Positions 21,045 through 30,968 of a DNA stretch of 64,000 bases are shown piece by piece. The translations under genes were made by a program, and so were the position numbers. The stretch comes from a virus, in the IMG/VR virus record IMGVR_UViG_3300049324_000002, positions 1-64,000 of that record. One strand, written 5' to 3'. The notes beneath the pieces are model-generated. The model saw only the letters and a program-made list of their open reading frames with translations. It was not told where the DNA came from and made no database searches. The stretch's first letter is position 1, and each line of letters begins with the position of its first letter.

Positions 21045-21539
21045 TCACACCGATCCTGGATTCAACTTACCCTTATCCGCTAACCTGGCCGCGCCACGCA
21101 AAATGCGACTCCAATGTGCTTTAATAATTCGTCTCGCCTCAAGACGAGCAGCCCTCTCCGGGAAATCAATATACCTCGACCACTTCTTAAAATCAGACAA
21201 ATCCGTACCAGAACCAATAGCTGCCTTAGCCATAGCCTCCGCAGGATCAAACCCATGCACCGTAACAAACAAATGCGCAGCGCCCTCTTGGCCAGCCACA
21301 CAAACACACAAATGTGCTCGCAACTGCTCCTCATTTAAAAGGCGTCCCTCACCAGCAAAATAAGTAACTCCCTCAACACCTAAACTCGTCTTAGTACGCC
21401 ACAATTTATAGCTAAGAACATCAAGACCCATCTGCTCGCCAACAATCCCATGCGAAAGCTCATGAGCCCCACCCTCATCAAGAGGATCAACAAGCAAGCC
21501 CTCATCAGTCAAAAGCAAAGGCTTCGTGCCACCCCACAC
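21045..21539 (-). CDS. HEXXH metalloprotease-like protein (M41-like)
   Basis: AHELSHGIVG followed by VAG...A helix pattern. Confidence 0.5.
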   Translation of the reverse strand: MWGGTKPLLLTDEGLLVDPLDEGGAHELSHGIVGEQMGLDVLSYKLWRTKTSLGVEGVTYFAGEGRLLNEEQLRAHLCVCVAGQEGAAHLFVTVHGFDPAEAMAKAAIGSGTDLSDFKKWSRYIDFPERAARLEARRIIKAHWSRILRGAARLADKGKLNPGSV

Positions 21540-21857
21540 CTAACTGCCCTCCCGCGCCGCCTGAGCACGCCGCCTCACCAGCAACCCAGCATCCCGCCAC
21601 GAGATCTCCTCAGCGCCAGCACGCACAGCCTGCCAACGCTTCCCAGACGTCACATCGTAATGCCACATCCAAGGAGCACTCTCATTATGATCCTGAAACC
21701 AATGTCGCTTTAAACCAATACGCGCAGCAAGCTCATGCAACTCAGTCTGGTCATCTTTATCAGTAAACAAATGACACCAACGAGAAGTATGGACTTTACC
21801 ATTATCATTATTTGTAACAGAAGCAGGAATACCTGCGTCATCAACATAGACCGTCAT
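21540..21857 (-). CDS. DUF4031 protein
   Basis: MTVYVDD, WCHL, ELHELAARIGLKRHWFQ, HYDVT. Confidence 0.85.
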   Translation of the reverse strand: MTVYVDDAGIPASVTNNDNGKVHTSRWCHLFTDKDDQTELHELAARIGLKRHWFQDHNESAPWMWHYDVTSGKRWQAVRAGAEEISWRDAGLLVRRRAQAAREGS

Positions 21858-21875
21858 AGGCCATCATACCGAGGC

Positions 21876-22148
21876 TCAGCCGCGCTCCATCCAACGCGAC
21901 TCACACACAATACAAGTACGCATAACGTGATCATCAACACTAGGCTCGAGAAAATGAACAGCAATATGACCAAGAGGACAAGTAGAAGTGCAAGAAAAAT
22001 CTATGTCAGTAAGAGTGATAGCTCTATCAAATCCAGCGTCAGAAATAACACGAACAAAACTCAAATTTTTCGAGCAAGTACGCTGATGCTCGAGCACATC
22101 AACTAAAGGACCGTCGAACCCACACCCAGCGCAACTTATACCAGACAT
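21876..22148 (-). CDS. Small Zn-binding protein (paralogous to the C-terminus of the next gene)
   Basis: CPLGHIAVHFLEPS..DHVMRTC..C. Confidence 0.6.
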   Translation of the reverse strand: MSGISCAGCGFDGPLVDVLEHQRTCSKNLSFVRVISDAGFDRAITLTDIDFSCTSTCPLGHIAVHFLEPSVDDHVMRTCIVCESRWMERG

Positions 22149-22165
22149 AACTTATCGTACCGTCC

Positions 22166-22828
22166 TTAAGCTCGTTCCAACCACCGAGCATCACACTCAG
22201 AACACACCCGCATAACGTGATCATCTTCACTAGGCTCGAGAAAATGAACAGCAATATGTCCATTAGGACACGAAGAACTAGCAGAAAAAGCAAACTCAGT
22301 CTTAGTCACAGGAACAGTCGACCACTCAACAATAGGAACATCAGAAAACCCACTCAAAGCGCATATCGTATCCACATCACCTTTAGATGCTGCATCTGAA
22401 CCACTCATGGCCTTTAATGCCAACACATCAATCTGACAAATAGTCTCGCCTAGCTCTTTCTCAACCTGCTGAGTCAAATCAGACAACTCAACAAAAGCCC
22501 TATCAAGCTGACGACGCACCATCACAGAATTAGTTCTATTACGAATAACAGCCCAACGCCACGACCAATACCACGAAGAAAGGATAATAACAGGTGCACC
22601 GTACCCAAGAATATACTGACCCAGACCGGAAGCAAAAAAAGCTATCCACCACAAAATAATACCATATGTCATCGTCACAGCCCAGTAAAGCTTAGCAACG
22701 CCCGCCCTAACAGGGGGATGCCGCAACATCCAAGTAAACCTATCTACCACAACCGCCACATTAACAACAGCTAACAAAAACCAAAGAAAGTTAATGTCAT
22801 ATGTACTAGCGGCGTCGGCAGTACCCAT
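22166..22828 (-). CDS. Membrane protein with C-terminal Zn-binding domain
   Basis: Three TM segments, coiled coil, CPNGHIAVHFLEPS..DHVMRVC..C. Confidence 0.65.
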   Translation of the reverse strand: MGTADAASTYDINFLWFLLAVVNVAVVVDRFTWMLRHPPVRAGVAKLYWAVTMTYGIILWWIAFFASGLGQYILGYGAPVIILSSWYWSWRWAVIRNRTNSVMVRRQLDRAFVELSDLTQQVEKELGETICQIDVLALKAMSGSDAASKGDVDTICALSGFSDVPIVEWSTVPVTKTEFAFSASSSCPNGHIAVHFLEPSEDDHVMRVCSECDARWLERA

Positions 22829-22840
22829 ACCACACCAATC

Positions 22841-22896
22841 GAAAAGTGTTGTCGAATCGAACTGAATTGAGGCGCACGGAAACGAGTAGTCGAACT
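22841..22896 (-). repeat. Orphan unit of the pentamer-periodic array
   Basis: Minus strand: AGTTC GAC TACTC GTTTC CGTGC GCCTC AATTC AGTTC GATTC GAC AACAC TTTTC. Confidence 0.8.
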
Positions 22897-22908
22897 ATAC
22901 AAGCAAGA

Positions 22909-23148
22909 TCAGTCTTCGTCCACTGGCCTCACAACAGGCTCATCAGTCTTAGGCTTGTCCACATTCAGTGACAGCGGAGCGGTGGGACGCCGACGCGCAC
23001 GAACACGCGCACGCACATCCACCGTCACCCCCAGCACCACCACACAAGCCGCCAACGCCACGACCAGCACCCACCCAGGCACCTGGAACCACAGCGCAGC
23101 AACGACAGCCGCGACACCAGCAACGATCATAAGAAGTATTTGTCCCAT
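22909..23148 (-). CDS. Small 2-TM membrane protein lying between array segments
   Basis: MGQILLMIVAGVAAVVAALWFQVPGW...; ATG at 23148 is 6 nt after a CGGTAGGA motif. Confidence 0.65.
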   Translation of the reverse strand: MGQILLMIVAGVAAVVAALWFQVPGWVLVVALAACVVVLGVTVDVRARVRARRRPTAPLSLNVDKPKTDEPVVRPVDED

Positions 23149-23170
23149 GACACGTCCTACCGAGCGCATC

Positions 23171-23781
23171 GTCGGCATGAGATGACTTGCGGCGAGTAGT
23201 CGTATCGAACTGACCAGCAACGGGCTCGGCGGGAGTCGCATAGTCACACGTATCGACGTGATCTGAAAGCGGCAAGTCAGCTTGGGGATGGCTGGAAATG
23301 ATCGCGACAGGAGTAGTCGAACCGATCCGGTCAGAACAGGCGCGAAGCGTGGGGATTAGTCAATCGAGTCGAGTGGACTTGTCGCGAATTGGGTTGTCTG
23401 ACCGAGACGAGTAGATACGGGTAGATACGTCAGACGGAATGGCAGCGAAATGCGTAGTCGAACGGAAAAGATCGGAACTGTCTCGGGTAGTCACATGACA
23501 GGAACAGACACGATGCGATTCGTCGGTGTCGATTGGACAGGCCCTGGCTCGACGTGTCTGAAAGCACTGCAGGGCATCGACTCGAAAGGAGTAGTCGGAA
23601 AGGACTTGAACTGCCGAGGAGGGACACGGGTAGTCGGAAAGATGTGACAGGAATGGGCACGCGTAGTCGACTTGACAAGCAATGCCGCGAAACGAGTAGT
23701 CGAACGATCCGATTAGAAGTGCCTCTGAAAGGCCCGGCGTAGAGTAGTCGTACGACATGACGAGAAGAGAAATGGTTAGTC
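23171..23781 (-). repeat. Array 1: about 17 units of GAC + 5-9 pentamers ending in C; putative guide-RNA array
   Basis: 18 GAC anchors with consensus GACTACTC; spacings 28-48 nt clustering at 3+5n. Confidence 0.88.
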
Positions 23782-23785
23782 AGTA

Positions 23786-23818
23786 CCCAGACAACTGGGG
23801 TCAGCACACATCATACCC
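23786..23818 (-). promoter_or_regulatory. Putative promoter (GGGTATGAT) and 5' hairpin for array 1
   Basis: Genome-wide promoter motif at 23811-23818, then CCCAG-TTGT-CTGGG hairpin just before the first GAC. Confidence 0.6.
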
Positions 23819-23821
23819 CAC

Positions 23822-24574
23822 TCACCCGGCCAACGGCAGATCCAACACCGACCTCAAAGACTTACGCAAAATATCTTGCGCTTCCTCACGTAAAACCTGA
23901 ATCCACATACCAGACCAACGACTAGCCACCGGATCCCGCGAAATCTCAGGAATAGCCTGCGCAACCTTCGAATCAGAAAGCTGGTAATAACAAGACAACA
24001 CCAACACGCAACGATGCAACGGGGGCAACGCCCGCACCGCCGACACCACCTCAGCACACAACGCCGACCGTAACGCCGTCCCCTCCACATCAAGAGGAAC
24101 AACGATCTGCTCAGCTTCCTCATAATCATCCAACGGAACAGGCACTCTCAACAAAGCTGAAAGAGCCCTATTCACATCCTCAACACTAATGCCAGTCCTA
24201 GATGATATAGACTGCGGCGAATCATAATCCCACGAAACATACAAATCCACACCCTTTAAACCAATCTCCTTCACCAACGCACGCTCAGCACGCGTAGCCG
24301 GATCAGAAGACCGCAACTCATCAATAATCGCACCAATAATACGACGAGTGGCATAAGTACTAAACCAAGACAAAGCAGTAGGCGTATACATTTCATAATC
24401 ATGTTCTCTACAATAATCAGGCCACCTCACAGCGGCCAACACTAAACCATTCAACGCCCACGAAATAACTTCATCGCGCTCATACCCATTTAACTTGCAC
24501 CACTCTTTGTGTGCAAGTGCTGTCGCGAGCCCAACACGATCAATCACAAGCTGTTGTTGCTCGACAGACAGCAC
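23822..24574 (-). CDS. FliA/WhiG-family RNA polymerase sigma factor
   Basis: FSTYATRRIIGAIIDELRSSD..TR region 2.4 signature; GTG at 24574 after GAGGAG. Confidence 0.8.
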   Translation of the reverse strand: MLSVEQQQLVIDRVGLATALAHKEWCKLNGYERDEVISWALNGLVLAAVRWPDYCREHDYEMYTPTALSWFSTYATRRIIGAIIDELRSSDPATRAERALVKEIGLKGVDLYVSWDYDSPQSISSRTGISVEDVNRALSALLRVPVPLDDYEEAEQIVVPLDVEGTALRSALCAEVVSAVRALPPLHRCVLVLSCYYQLSDSKVAQAIPEISRDPVASRWSGMWIQVLREEAQDILRKSLRSVLDLPLAG

Positions 24575-24593
24575 CGCACCACTCCTCAAACTC

Positions 24594-27353
24594 TCAGGAA
24601 CAACCAGACGTAGAACCACAATTCGAACAAACGAAACACACACCCGCAGCCTGCATAACCACACCACACGACGAACACAAAGGGTTATCCTGATGGTAAC
24701 CCTTAGCTACGGGTACCACTTCATCCAGGCCCGCTGCCACCCCAGAAGGCGCCTCAGACCGCTCCACCGTAGACAACACACCCAACCGATCACGCTGCTC
24801 ACGAGACAAATGATCCAACGCCAACCTACGGAACACATAATCCATAATAGACGTAGCCATACGGATTTCAGGATCATTCGTCATACCACGTGGCTCAAAC
24901 TGAGTGCCAACGAACTTCTCAACAAACACATCTAACGGCACACCATACTGCAAAGCAATCGATACTGAAATCGAGAACGCATCCAACAGCCCAGCCAACG
25001 TTGACCCCTGCTTACCCAACTTCAGGAAGATCTCCCCCGGCCCATTCCCCGGGTACGAACCCACCGTCAGATACCCCCCAGCACCCCCCACATCAAACGA
25101 CAGCGTCTCAGCCGGACGCCTCGAGGGCAGACGCTGCCGCACCGGCTGAACCACATGTGGCGACCCCTCAATAACACCAGACACAATCAAGTCAGGCTGA
25201 ATCACACCGCCAACGAGCTTACCGTCATCTACTTTCTTCACAGACAACGGCTGAGCAGCCTTCGAATTATCCCTATACACAGCAAGAGACTTCAACCCAA
25301 GACGCCACCCAGCCAAATAAACAGCCTCAATATCAGTGACAGTAGAATCCTCAGGCATATTGATGGTCTTCGAAATCGCACCACACAAGAAAGGCTGCAC
25401 CGCAGCCATCATCAACAAATGCCCATCAGAAGCAATCGAACGCTCACCAACAGCACAATCAAACACCTCGTAATGCTCCCACCTCAACGCAGGAGCACCA
25501 ACAACATGCCCATTCACAGCAACATAATCAACAACAGCCTCAACCTGCTCAGGCTCATAACCCAACGTCTGCAACGCACGAACAACAGACTTATTCACAA
25601 TCTCCATCGAACCACCATGCGCCAACTTCTTATGCTTCACCAAAGAAAAATCAGGCTCCACACCAGTCGTATCAGCATCCATCATAAAACTAATAGTGCC
25701 AGTAGGAGCGATCAAGCTGACCTGGGCATTGCGATAACCATGCACATCACCCAACTCCGCAGCATGACTCCACAAAGCCTGCGCCCGATCATAAAGAGTC
25801 GTATCCAACCCACCGACACGATCAGCACAAACAGTAGCAGCAGTATGCCTACACACAACATCACGATGCGCATCAGCATTACGAGCATAACCATCATAAG
25901 GACCAACAACCCGAGCCAACAACGCCGACTGATCCCACGCAGCCGCCGACATCAACGACGTAATCGACCCAGCCAACGCACGACCACCAACACTATCGTA
26001 CGCACGACCCATCGACATCAACAACGCACCCAAATTACAATAACCAATACCCAACTGACGATACCTACGAGACACCTCAGTAATCTTCGCAGTCGGGAAA
26101 TCAGCAAACGACACTGAAATATCCATAGCAGTGATAACCAACTTCACCGCAGCCTCAAACGCCTCGAACGAAAACCCGCCATCCTTAGTCATAAACTTCA
26201 ACAAATTAAGGCTAGCTAGGTTACAGCTCGAATTGTCCAAATGCATATACTCGCTACAAGGATTACTCGTAGTAATACGACCATCCTCAGGACACGTGTG
26301 CCACGCATTAATCGTGTCATCATACTGAATGCCAGGATCAGCACACTCATGAGCCGACTGCGCCATCGCCCGAAACAACTCACGAGCATCAATCGTGTCA
26401 ACAACAGACCCATCCAACCGAGCCCTCAACGCAAACCCCGAACCATCCTCCACCGCACGCATAAACTCATCAGACACCCGAACAGAATTATTAGCATTCT
26501 GATACTGCACAGAATTGATGTCGTCGCCACCCAAATCCATATCAAACCCTGCATCACGCAGGACCTTAATCTTCTTCTCTTCCCTAGACTTCAACTGCAC
26601 GAAATCAAGAATATCAGGATGATCTACATCCAAACAAACCAACTTCGCAGCACGCCGCGTAGAACCACCCGACTTAATAGCCCCAGCCGACGAATCCGCA
26701 CCACGCATAAAACTCGCTGGCCCGGACGCTGTACCACCAGACGACATCAACTCCTTACTAGAACGAATCCGAGAAAGATTCACACCAGACCCCGAACCGC
26801 CCTTAAAAATCAACCCCTCCTCTTTATACCAATCCAAAATCGAATCCATCGTGTCATCGACAGACAGCAAGAAGCAAGCACTCACCTGCTGCCGACCACG
26901 CGTCCCCACGTTAAACCACACCGGAGAATTAAACGCGAAAAACTGATGCAACAACAACCACGTCAACTCATCAGAAAAAACAATCGCATCTTCATCAGTA
27001 TTGAAATAACCAAACTCAACACCACGCGAAACATACGTACTCACCACACGATCAATCAACTGCTGCAAAGACCACTCACGAGCATCCGAACCCAACTGCC
27101 CCCGAAAATACTTACTCGCCACAATCTGCCGCGCCGACACCGACCACGAAGCCGGAAACTCCACACCACGCTGCTCGAAATTAACCGAACCATCCCGCCA
27201 ATTCAACAAAACAATATCAGAACGCTCCCACTTCACCTCCGAATACGGATGCTTACCCGCAGAAGTAAACAAACGGCTAACCTTCAAACCACCCTGACTA
27301 GAAACACCAGTAGTCACAACACAGACCCCATTCTCCCAAACACAGCGCTTCAA
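24594..27353 (-). CDS. nrdJ: Class II (B12-dependent) ribonucleotide reductase
   Basis: FNSPVWFN, QVSACF, SNPCSEY, IAPTGTISFMM, C-terminal CxxC...CxxC. Confidence 0.95.
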   Translation of the reverse strand: MKRCVWENGVCVVTTGVSSQGGLKVSRLFTSAGKHPYSEVKWERSDIVLLNWRDGSVNFEQRGVEFPASWSVSARQIVASKYFRGQLGSDAREWSLQQLIDRVVSTYVSRGVEFGYFNTDEDAIVFSDELTWLLLHQFFAFNSPVWFNVGTRGRQQVSACFLLSVDDTMDSILDWYKEEGLIFKGGSGSGVNLSRIRSSKELMSSGGTASGPASFMRGADSSAGAIKSGGSTRRAAKLVCLDVDHPDILDFVQLKSREEKKIKVLRDAGFDMDLGGDDINSVQYQNANNSVRVSDEFMRAVEDGSGFALRARLDGSVVDTIDARELFRAMAQSAHECADPGIQYDDTINAWHTCPEDGRITTSNPCSEYMHLDNSSCNLASLNLLKFMTKDGGFSFEAFEAAVKLVITAMDISVSFADFPTAKITEVSRRYRQLGIGYCNLGALLMSMGRAYDSVGGRALAGSITSLMSAAAWDQSALLARVVGPYDGYARNADAHRDVVCRHTAATVCADRVGGLDTTLYDRAQALWSHAAELGDVHGYRNAQVSLIAPTGTISFMMDADTTGVEPDFSLVKHKKLAHGGSMEIVNKSVVRALQTLGYEPEQVEAVVDYVAVNGHVVGAPALRWEHYEVFDCAVGERSIASDGHLLMMAAVQPFLCGAISKTINMPEDSTVTDIEAVYLAGWRLGLKSLAVYRDNSKAAQPLSVKKVDDGKLVGGVIQPDLIVSGVIEGSPHVVQPVRQRLPSRRPAETLSFDVGGAGGYLTVGSYPGNGPGEIFLKLGKQGSTLAGLLDAFSISVSIALQYGVPLDVFVEKFVGTQFEPRGMTNDPEIRMATSIMDYVFRRLALDHLSREQRDRLGVLSTVERSEAPSGVAAGLDEVVPVAKGYHQDNPLCSSCGVVMQAAGVCFVCSNCGSTSGCS

Positions 27354-27394
27354 AGCGTCAGACGACTAAACCGAGAACAAACGAGTCATACCGA

Positions 27395-29095
27395 TCACGC
27401 CGCGCTCAAAGCACCAACATCAGGACTAATAAACTGCAACATCTGAGCAGGCGACAGCTTCGCGTACATAGGATCATCCTCAGACCAAATCACACTAGCC
27501 AAAGCAGCCTCGACCTCCATCGCCCGAAGCTTCCTCTCCTCATGCGTATTAGACGCATAAAGACTATGCACATACACCGTCTTATAAGCACTACCAGCAC
27601 GACGAACCCGGCCCGCCAACTGAGTCATCCGAGCAGGATTAGGAATCTGATCCACATTCACCTGATGCCTAGCACACTGCAAATTCAGCGACTGCTCAAT
27701 AGCACACGTACCCACCAAAGCACGACACGTAGGATCATCCCAAAACCGCTCCGTCGCAGCACTCCGCCGCTTACGATCCCGATCCGCACCCCAATACCGC
27801 ACATGCCCAATCCCATTAGCATCCAACCGATTACACAATGCCTCTAACCCAGGACGATAATGAATGAACAAAACAGCTTTCTCATCCTCATCGCCCTCCT
27901 CCTCAGCCGCCCAGTCATTCAACAGCTTATCCACAATCCAATCAAACTTCACTGAAGCCCCAGGAGAATCACGGCCATCAATAACCGCTAAACTCTCACA
28001 AATCTGAGCCGCAGCCAGCCACTTAGCTTTAGCCTTCCCAAGCTCAAGCTCACCACCCTCCCCCAACACCTTCAACACACCACGCTGCAACTCGTCATAA
28101 CGAGCGCGCTGCTCGGGAAGCAAATCAAGAAACACATTATTGGGGATGATAAGTGGCATCTCAATGTCGTCAACATCCTTAGGAAGACGACGTAACACTC
28201 GAGGAGCAATCAACTCCTTAAACTCCCCAAGATGCTTATAACCCACCACCTCCATAACAGTACGAGTCTTCTTCTTACCAGTCTTCTGATCCCTACCAGT
28301 ATAAATAGTAGCTTTCTGCCTACGCAGATACCGGAGAATGAACGCGTCACGAGGACCGAACAACATCCGCGCCAGACCAATAGAATCCAAAAGATCGTAC
28401 AACTCCAAAAGCTTCTTCTGCAAAGGAGTCGCAGTCATCAACATCACCCGTGACGCCGACGTAGCCATACGCTTCACAGCCCACGACGTCTTATTATCAC
28501 AATTCCGTAGACAATCCACATCATCAATCACAAGATGATGAATCCCGAGACGCTCAATAATCTCAACATCCCGCAAAAACATCTGATGACCCACAACAGC
28601 TATATCCCACGGAAACGCATACAAATCAGAACGCTGATCCCGATCCCCATCAATCACCTCAGTAGTCAAACCAGGAATCGTACGACGCAACTCATTACGC
28701 CACTGCGTCAACGCAGCAGGCCGACACACCACCAACACCCGACCACCACCACGACGCGGATCCAACTCACCCGCCTGCGCAGCAAGAGCAATCGTCCCGC
28801 ACGCACTAAACGTCTTACCCAACCCAACAACATCCGCCAACAAACCCTTACGAATCAGAAAAAACCACGAAATAGCGACACGCTGATGTCGACGCAAAAT
28901 CACACCACAACGCCGACAAGAAACACACGGGACACCATCAGGAACATGCTTCTCACAAGGGTCGGAATTCCACAAATTCAAAACAGGTAGATTCACATCA
29001 TGTGCAGTACGCGCACGCTCCGCCGCTGCAGCTAAAGCCTGTGGATCCACACGATCCAGTGCCGATACCACAGAAAAACCTCCTCGAAAGGCCAC
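27395..29095 (-). CDS. SNF2-family helicase/ATPase
   Basis: LLADVVGLGKT, MTATPLQ, SLNLQ, QLAGRVRRAG. Confidence 0.85.
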   Translation of the reverse strand: MAFRGGFSVVSALDRVDPQALAAAAERARTAHDVNLPVLNLWNSDPCEKHVPDGVPCVSCRRCGVILRRHQRVAISWFFLIRKGLLADVVGLGKTFSACGTIALAAQAGELDPRRGGGRVLVVCRPAALTQWRNELRRTIPGLTTEVIDGDRDQRSDLYAFPWDIAVVGHQMFLRDVEIIERLGIHHLVIDDVDCLRNCDNKTSWAVKRMATSASRVMLMTATPLQKKLLELYDLLDSIGLARMLFGPRDAFILRYLRRQKATIYTGRDQKTGKKKTRTVMEVVGYKHLGEFKELIAPRVLRRLPKDVDDIEMPLIIPNNVFLDLLPEQRARYDELQRGVLKVLGEGGELELGKAKAKWLAAAQICESLAVIDGRDSPGASVKFDWIVDKLLNDWAAEEEGDEDEKAVLFIHYRPGLEALCNRLDANGIGHVRYWGADRDRKRRSAATERFWDDPTCRALVGTCAIEQSLNLQCARHQVNVDQIPNPARMTQLAGRVRRAGSAYKTVYVHSLYASNTHEERKLRAMEVEAALASVIWSEDDPMYAKLSPAQMLQFISPDVGALSAA

Positions 29096-29486
29096 CGACG
29101 ATTACCCTCCGTCATACCGAACCATCCGGCTGACCCGGGCCGTCGACAACGAAACGAGGAGGCGAACCCCACGAAACACGTAAAGTCTCGACAGAAAGGC
29201 GAGATGGGTGCGGAGCGACCAACTGAACCGCAGAATCTAAATCAACACTACAAGCCGCAAGAGCATCGAAAATAAGTTTATCACGAGTCGCAACATCCAT
29301 ATCACACATCTCCTGAGAACTGAGGAATAATGTGTGACGGTCAAGTACGAAACGTGCTCAAGCGGCATCAAAAGGATCCACAAAAAAATCAGACCCAGCC
29401 GCACCGATCGCCAGACAGGAAAACTACCTCATCCACCTGACGACCAAAACCCGACACCACTGAGAAAAACCCGTGACTCTCAGCAA

Positions 29487-29520
29487 GGGAGAGGGACCGA
29501 TCGGGGACGGTCCCCCTCCC
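29487..29520 (-). terminator. Hairpin terminator after the late genes
   Basis: GGGAGGGGGACCG / CGGTCCCTCTCCC stem. Confidence 0.65.
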
Positions 29521-29531
29521 ACACCAACCCC

Positions 29532-29984
29532 CTAATGGGTAACAGGAAGATGCGCCTCCACCGGCTGCGGTGCAGGAGCCTCAGCCACAGGAGCCTCCTC
29601 AACAGGGGCCTGCGGAGCGCTCGGAACCGGGCCAGGAATCGAAGGCTCCGCAGGAGCAGGTGTCACAGGATTACGGCAGTCACCAAGGTGGATGCCTACC
29701 AACAGCTCAGACGCACGACGATCAACCTCGTCAGCAGTCGTACCCACCGGACCGCGCTGGCGCTCACCACCAACAATCTTCACCAACACCAGACAGTCAC
29801 GATCCAAGGCACGAACCTTCACCCGCAACCCATCATAATTACAGTCAACCGTAGACCCAGGGCGAACATGACCAACATCCGCACAACTAGTGTCATCGCC
29901 AGGCGCTGCCGAAGCCGGGGAAACCACACCCGCACCCAACGCCAACGCAGCCGCCCCAACCATAAGAACTCGCGAACCAAACAA
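29532..29984 (-). CDS. Secreted Pro-rich protein
   Basis: Signal peptide ending PASA; Pro/Ala-rich tail. Confidence 0.6.
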   Translation of the reverse strand: MFGSRVLMVGAAALALGAGVVSPASAAPGDDTSCADVGHVRPGSTVDCNYDGLRVKVRALDRDCLVLVKIVGGERQRGPVGTTADEVDRRASELLVGIHLGDCRNPVTPAPAEPSIPGPVPSAPQAPVEEAPVAEAPAPQPVEAHLPVTH

Positions 29985-30065
29985 AACATACTCCCTCAGT
30001 CAGCTCGTCCCCACACGCCCGGGGCCACCATCACCTAACGACCACACCACCACAACGACGCGCAC

Positions 30066-30512
30066 TCACGGTGACTGCGGGCAATTCAACGCCGACGCGC
30101 CATTCCGCAACACAGTAAACCCACGATCGTAAGCATCAGGACCCTGCGGAAACTTATCCCTAGACGCAGGATTATAGAAACCAATCAACAACGAATACAA
30201 AGGACACAACGCATCATGGCGCAAAACAGTATCCTGCTGATGCTGCGCCTCCAACTGAGCCTGCGTATCCTTCACATCAGAATTACTCGCATACAAAAAC
30301 CCACCCAAACCCAACACAATCACAGACAACAAAACATCCACACACAAACCAATAATCGTCAAACGCAACCCACGCTCACCACGCGAAGTACGAGTCTCCA
30401 ACTTATCCGTAGACTTAATAAGCGTATCAACAGACTCAGTTAATGCAGAAACAGTAGCCTGCAACGTAGCCGCACGAATCGCCAGCGGATCCTCAGGACT
30501 CACGAAACTCAC
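30066..30512 (-). CDS. Membrane protein (lysis-region accessory)
   Basis: Coiled coil, one TM segment, Cys pair. Confidence 0.6.
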   Translation of the reverse strand: MSFVSPEDPLAIRAATLQATVSALTESVDTLIKSTDKLETRTSRGERGLRLTIIGLCVDVLLSVIVLGLGGFLYASNSDVKDTQAQLEAQHQQDTVLRHDALCPLYSLLIGFYNPASRDKFPQGPDAYDRGFTVLRNGASALNCPQSP

Positions 30513-30640
30513 CCCCCGAACCTTGCATAGGAATTTCAGTCTCCGCCTTCAACTCAGTGACAAACACATCCAGCAAAGCCACCGCATCAAGCAACTGCTT
30601 CCTAAGCTCTTCGGAACGAAGTCGCAACTCTCGCTCAGTC

Positions 30641-30958
30641 TCAGTGCGCATCTCGTCCCCTTCGCGCAATCTGCAACGCGTCCCCAATAGCAGTAGTAGC
30701 CTCAGCGAGAGTTGTTAGATATTTATCCTGAATAGCAGCGTTCAACTTACGTAACTCTTCGGACAACGCCTCATTACGTTGCCGCTCCAAATCCAAAGCC
30801 TTAGCCTCACGATCAAACAAAACCTTCACCGCAAGTAAAGCCAACAACGCAATAACACCCAACGGGCCATACTGCAAAAACACAGAAGTAGGCTCAGCAA
30901 CAGCCTGCATAACCACAGCCTGCAAAATTAAAACCTGAGCGACCACAAAGGTCAGCAC
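30641..30958 (-). CDS. Holin-like membrane protein
   Basis: QYGPLGVIALL TM segment plus coiled coil. Confidence 0.55.
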   Translation of the reverse strand: MLTFVVAQVLILQAVVMQAVAEPTSVFLQYGPLGVIALLALLAVKVLFDREAKALDLERQRNEALSEELRKLNAAIQDKYLTTLAEATTAIGDALQIARRGRDAH

Positions 30959-30968
30959 AAACCCTCAC

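Noticed and set aside
23171-23781. Canonical CRISPR array or TIGR-type array
   Set aside because: There is no 25-40-nt conserved repeat, only a handle of about 8 nt. Unit length varies in 5-nt steps. No cas1, cas2 or Nop-domain gene is seen.
23360-23807. ORFs of 132 and 125 aa (and smaller) over array 1
   Set aside because: The recurrent DY and RL dipeptides are just translations of GACTAC; the 5-nt periodicity is incompatible with codon structure
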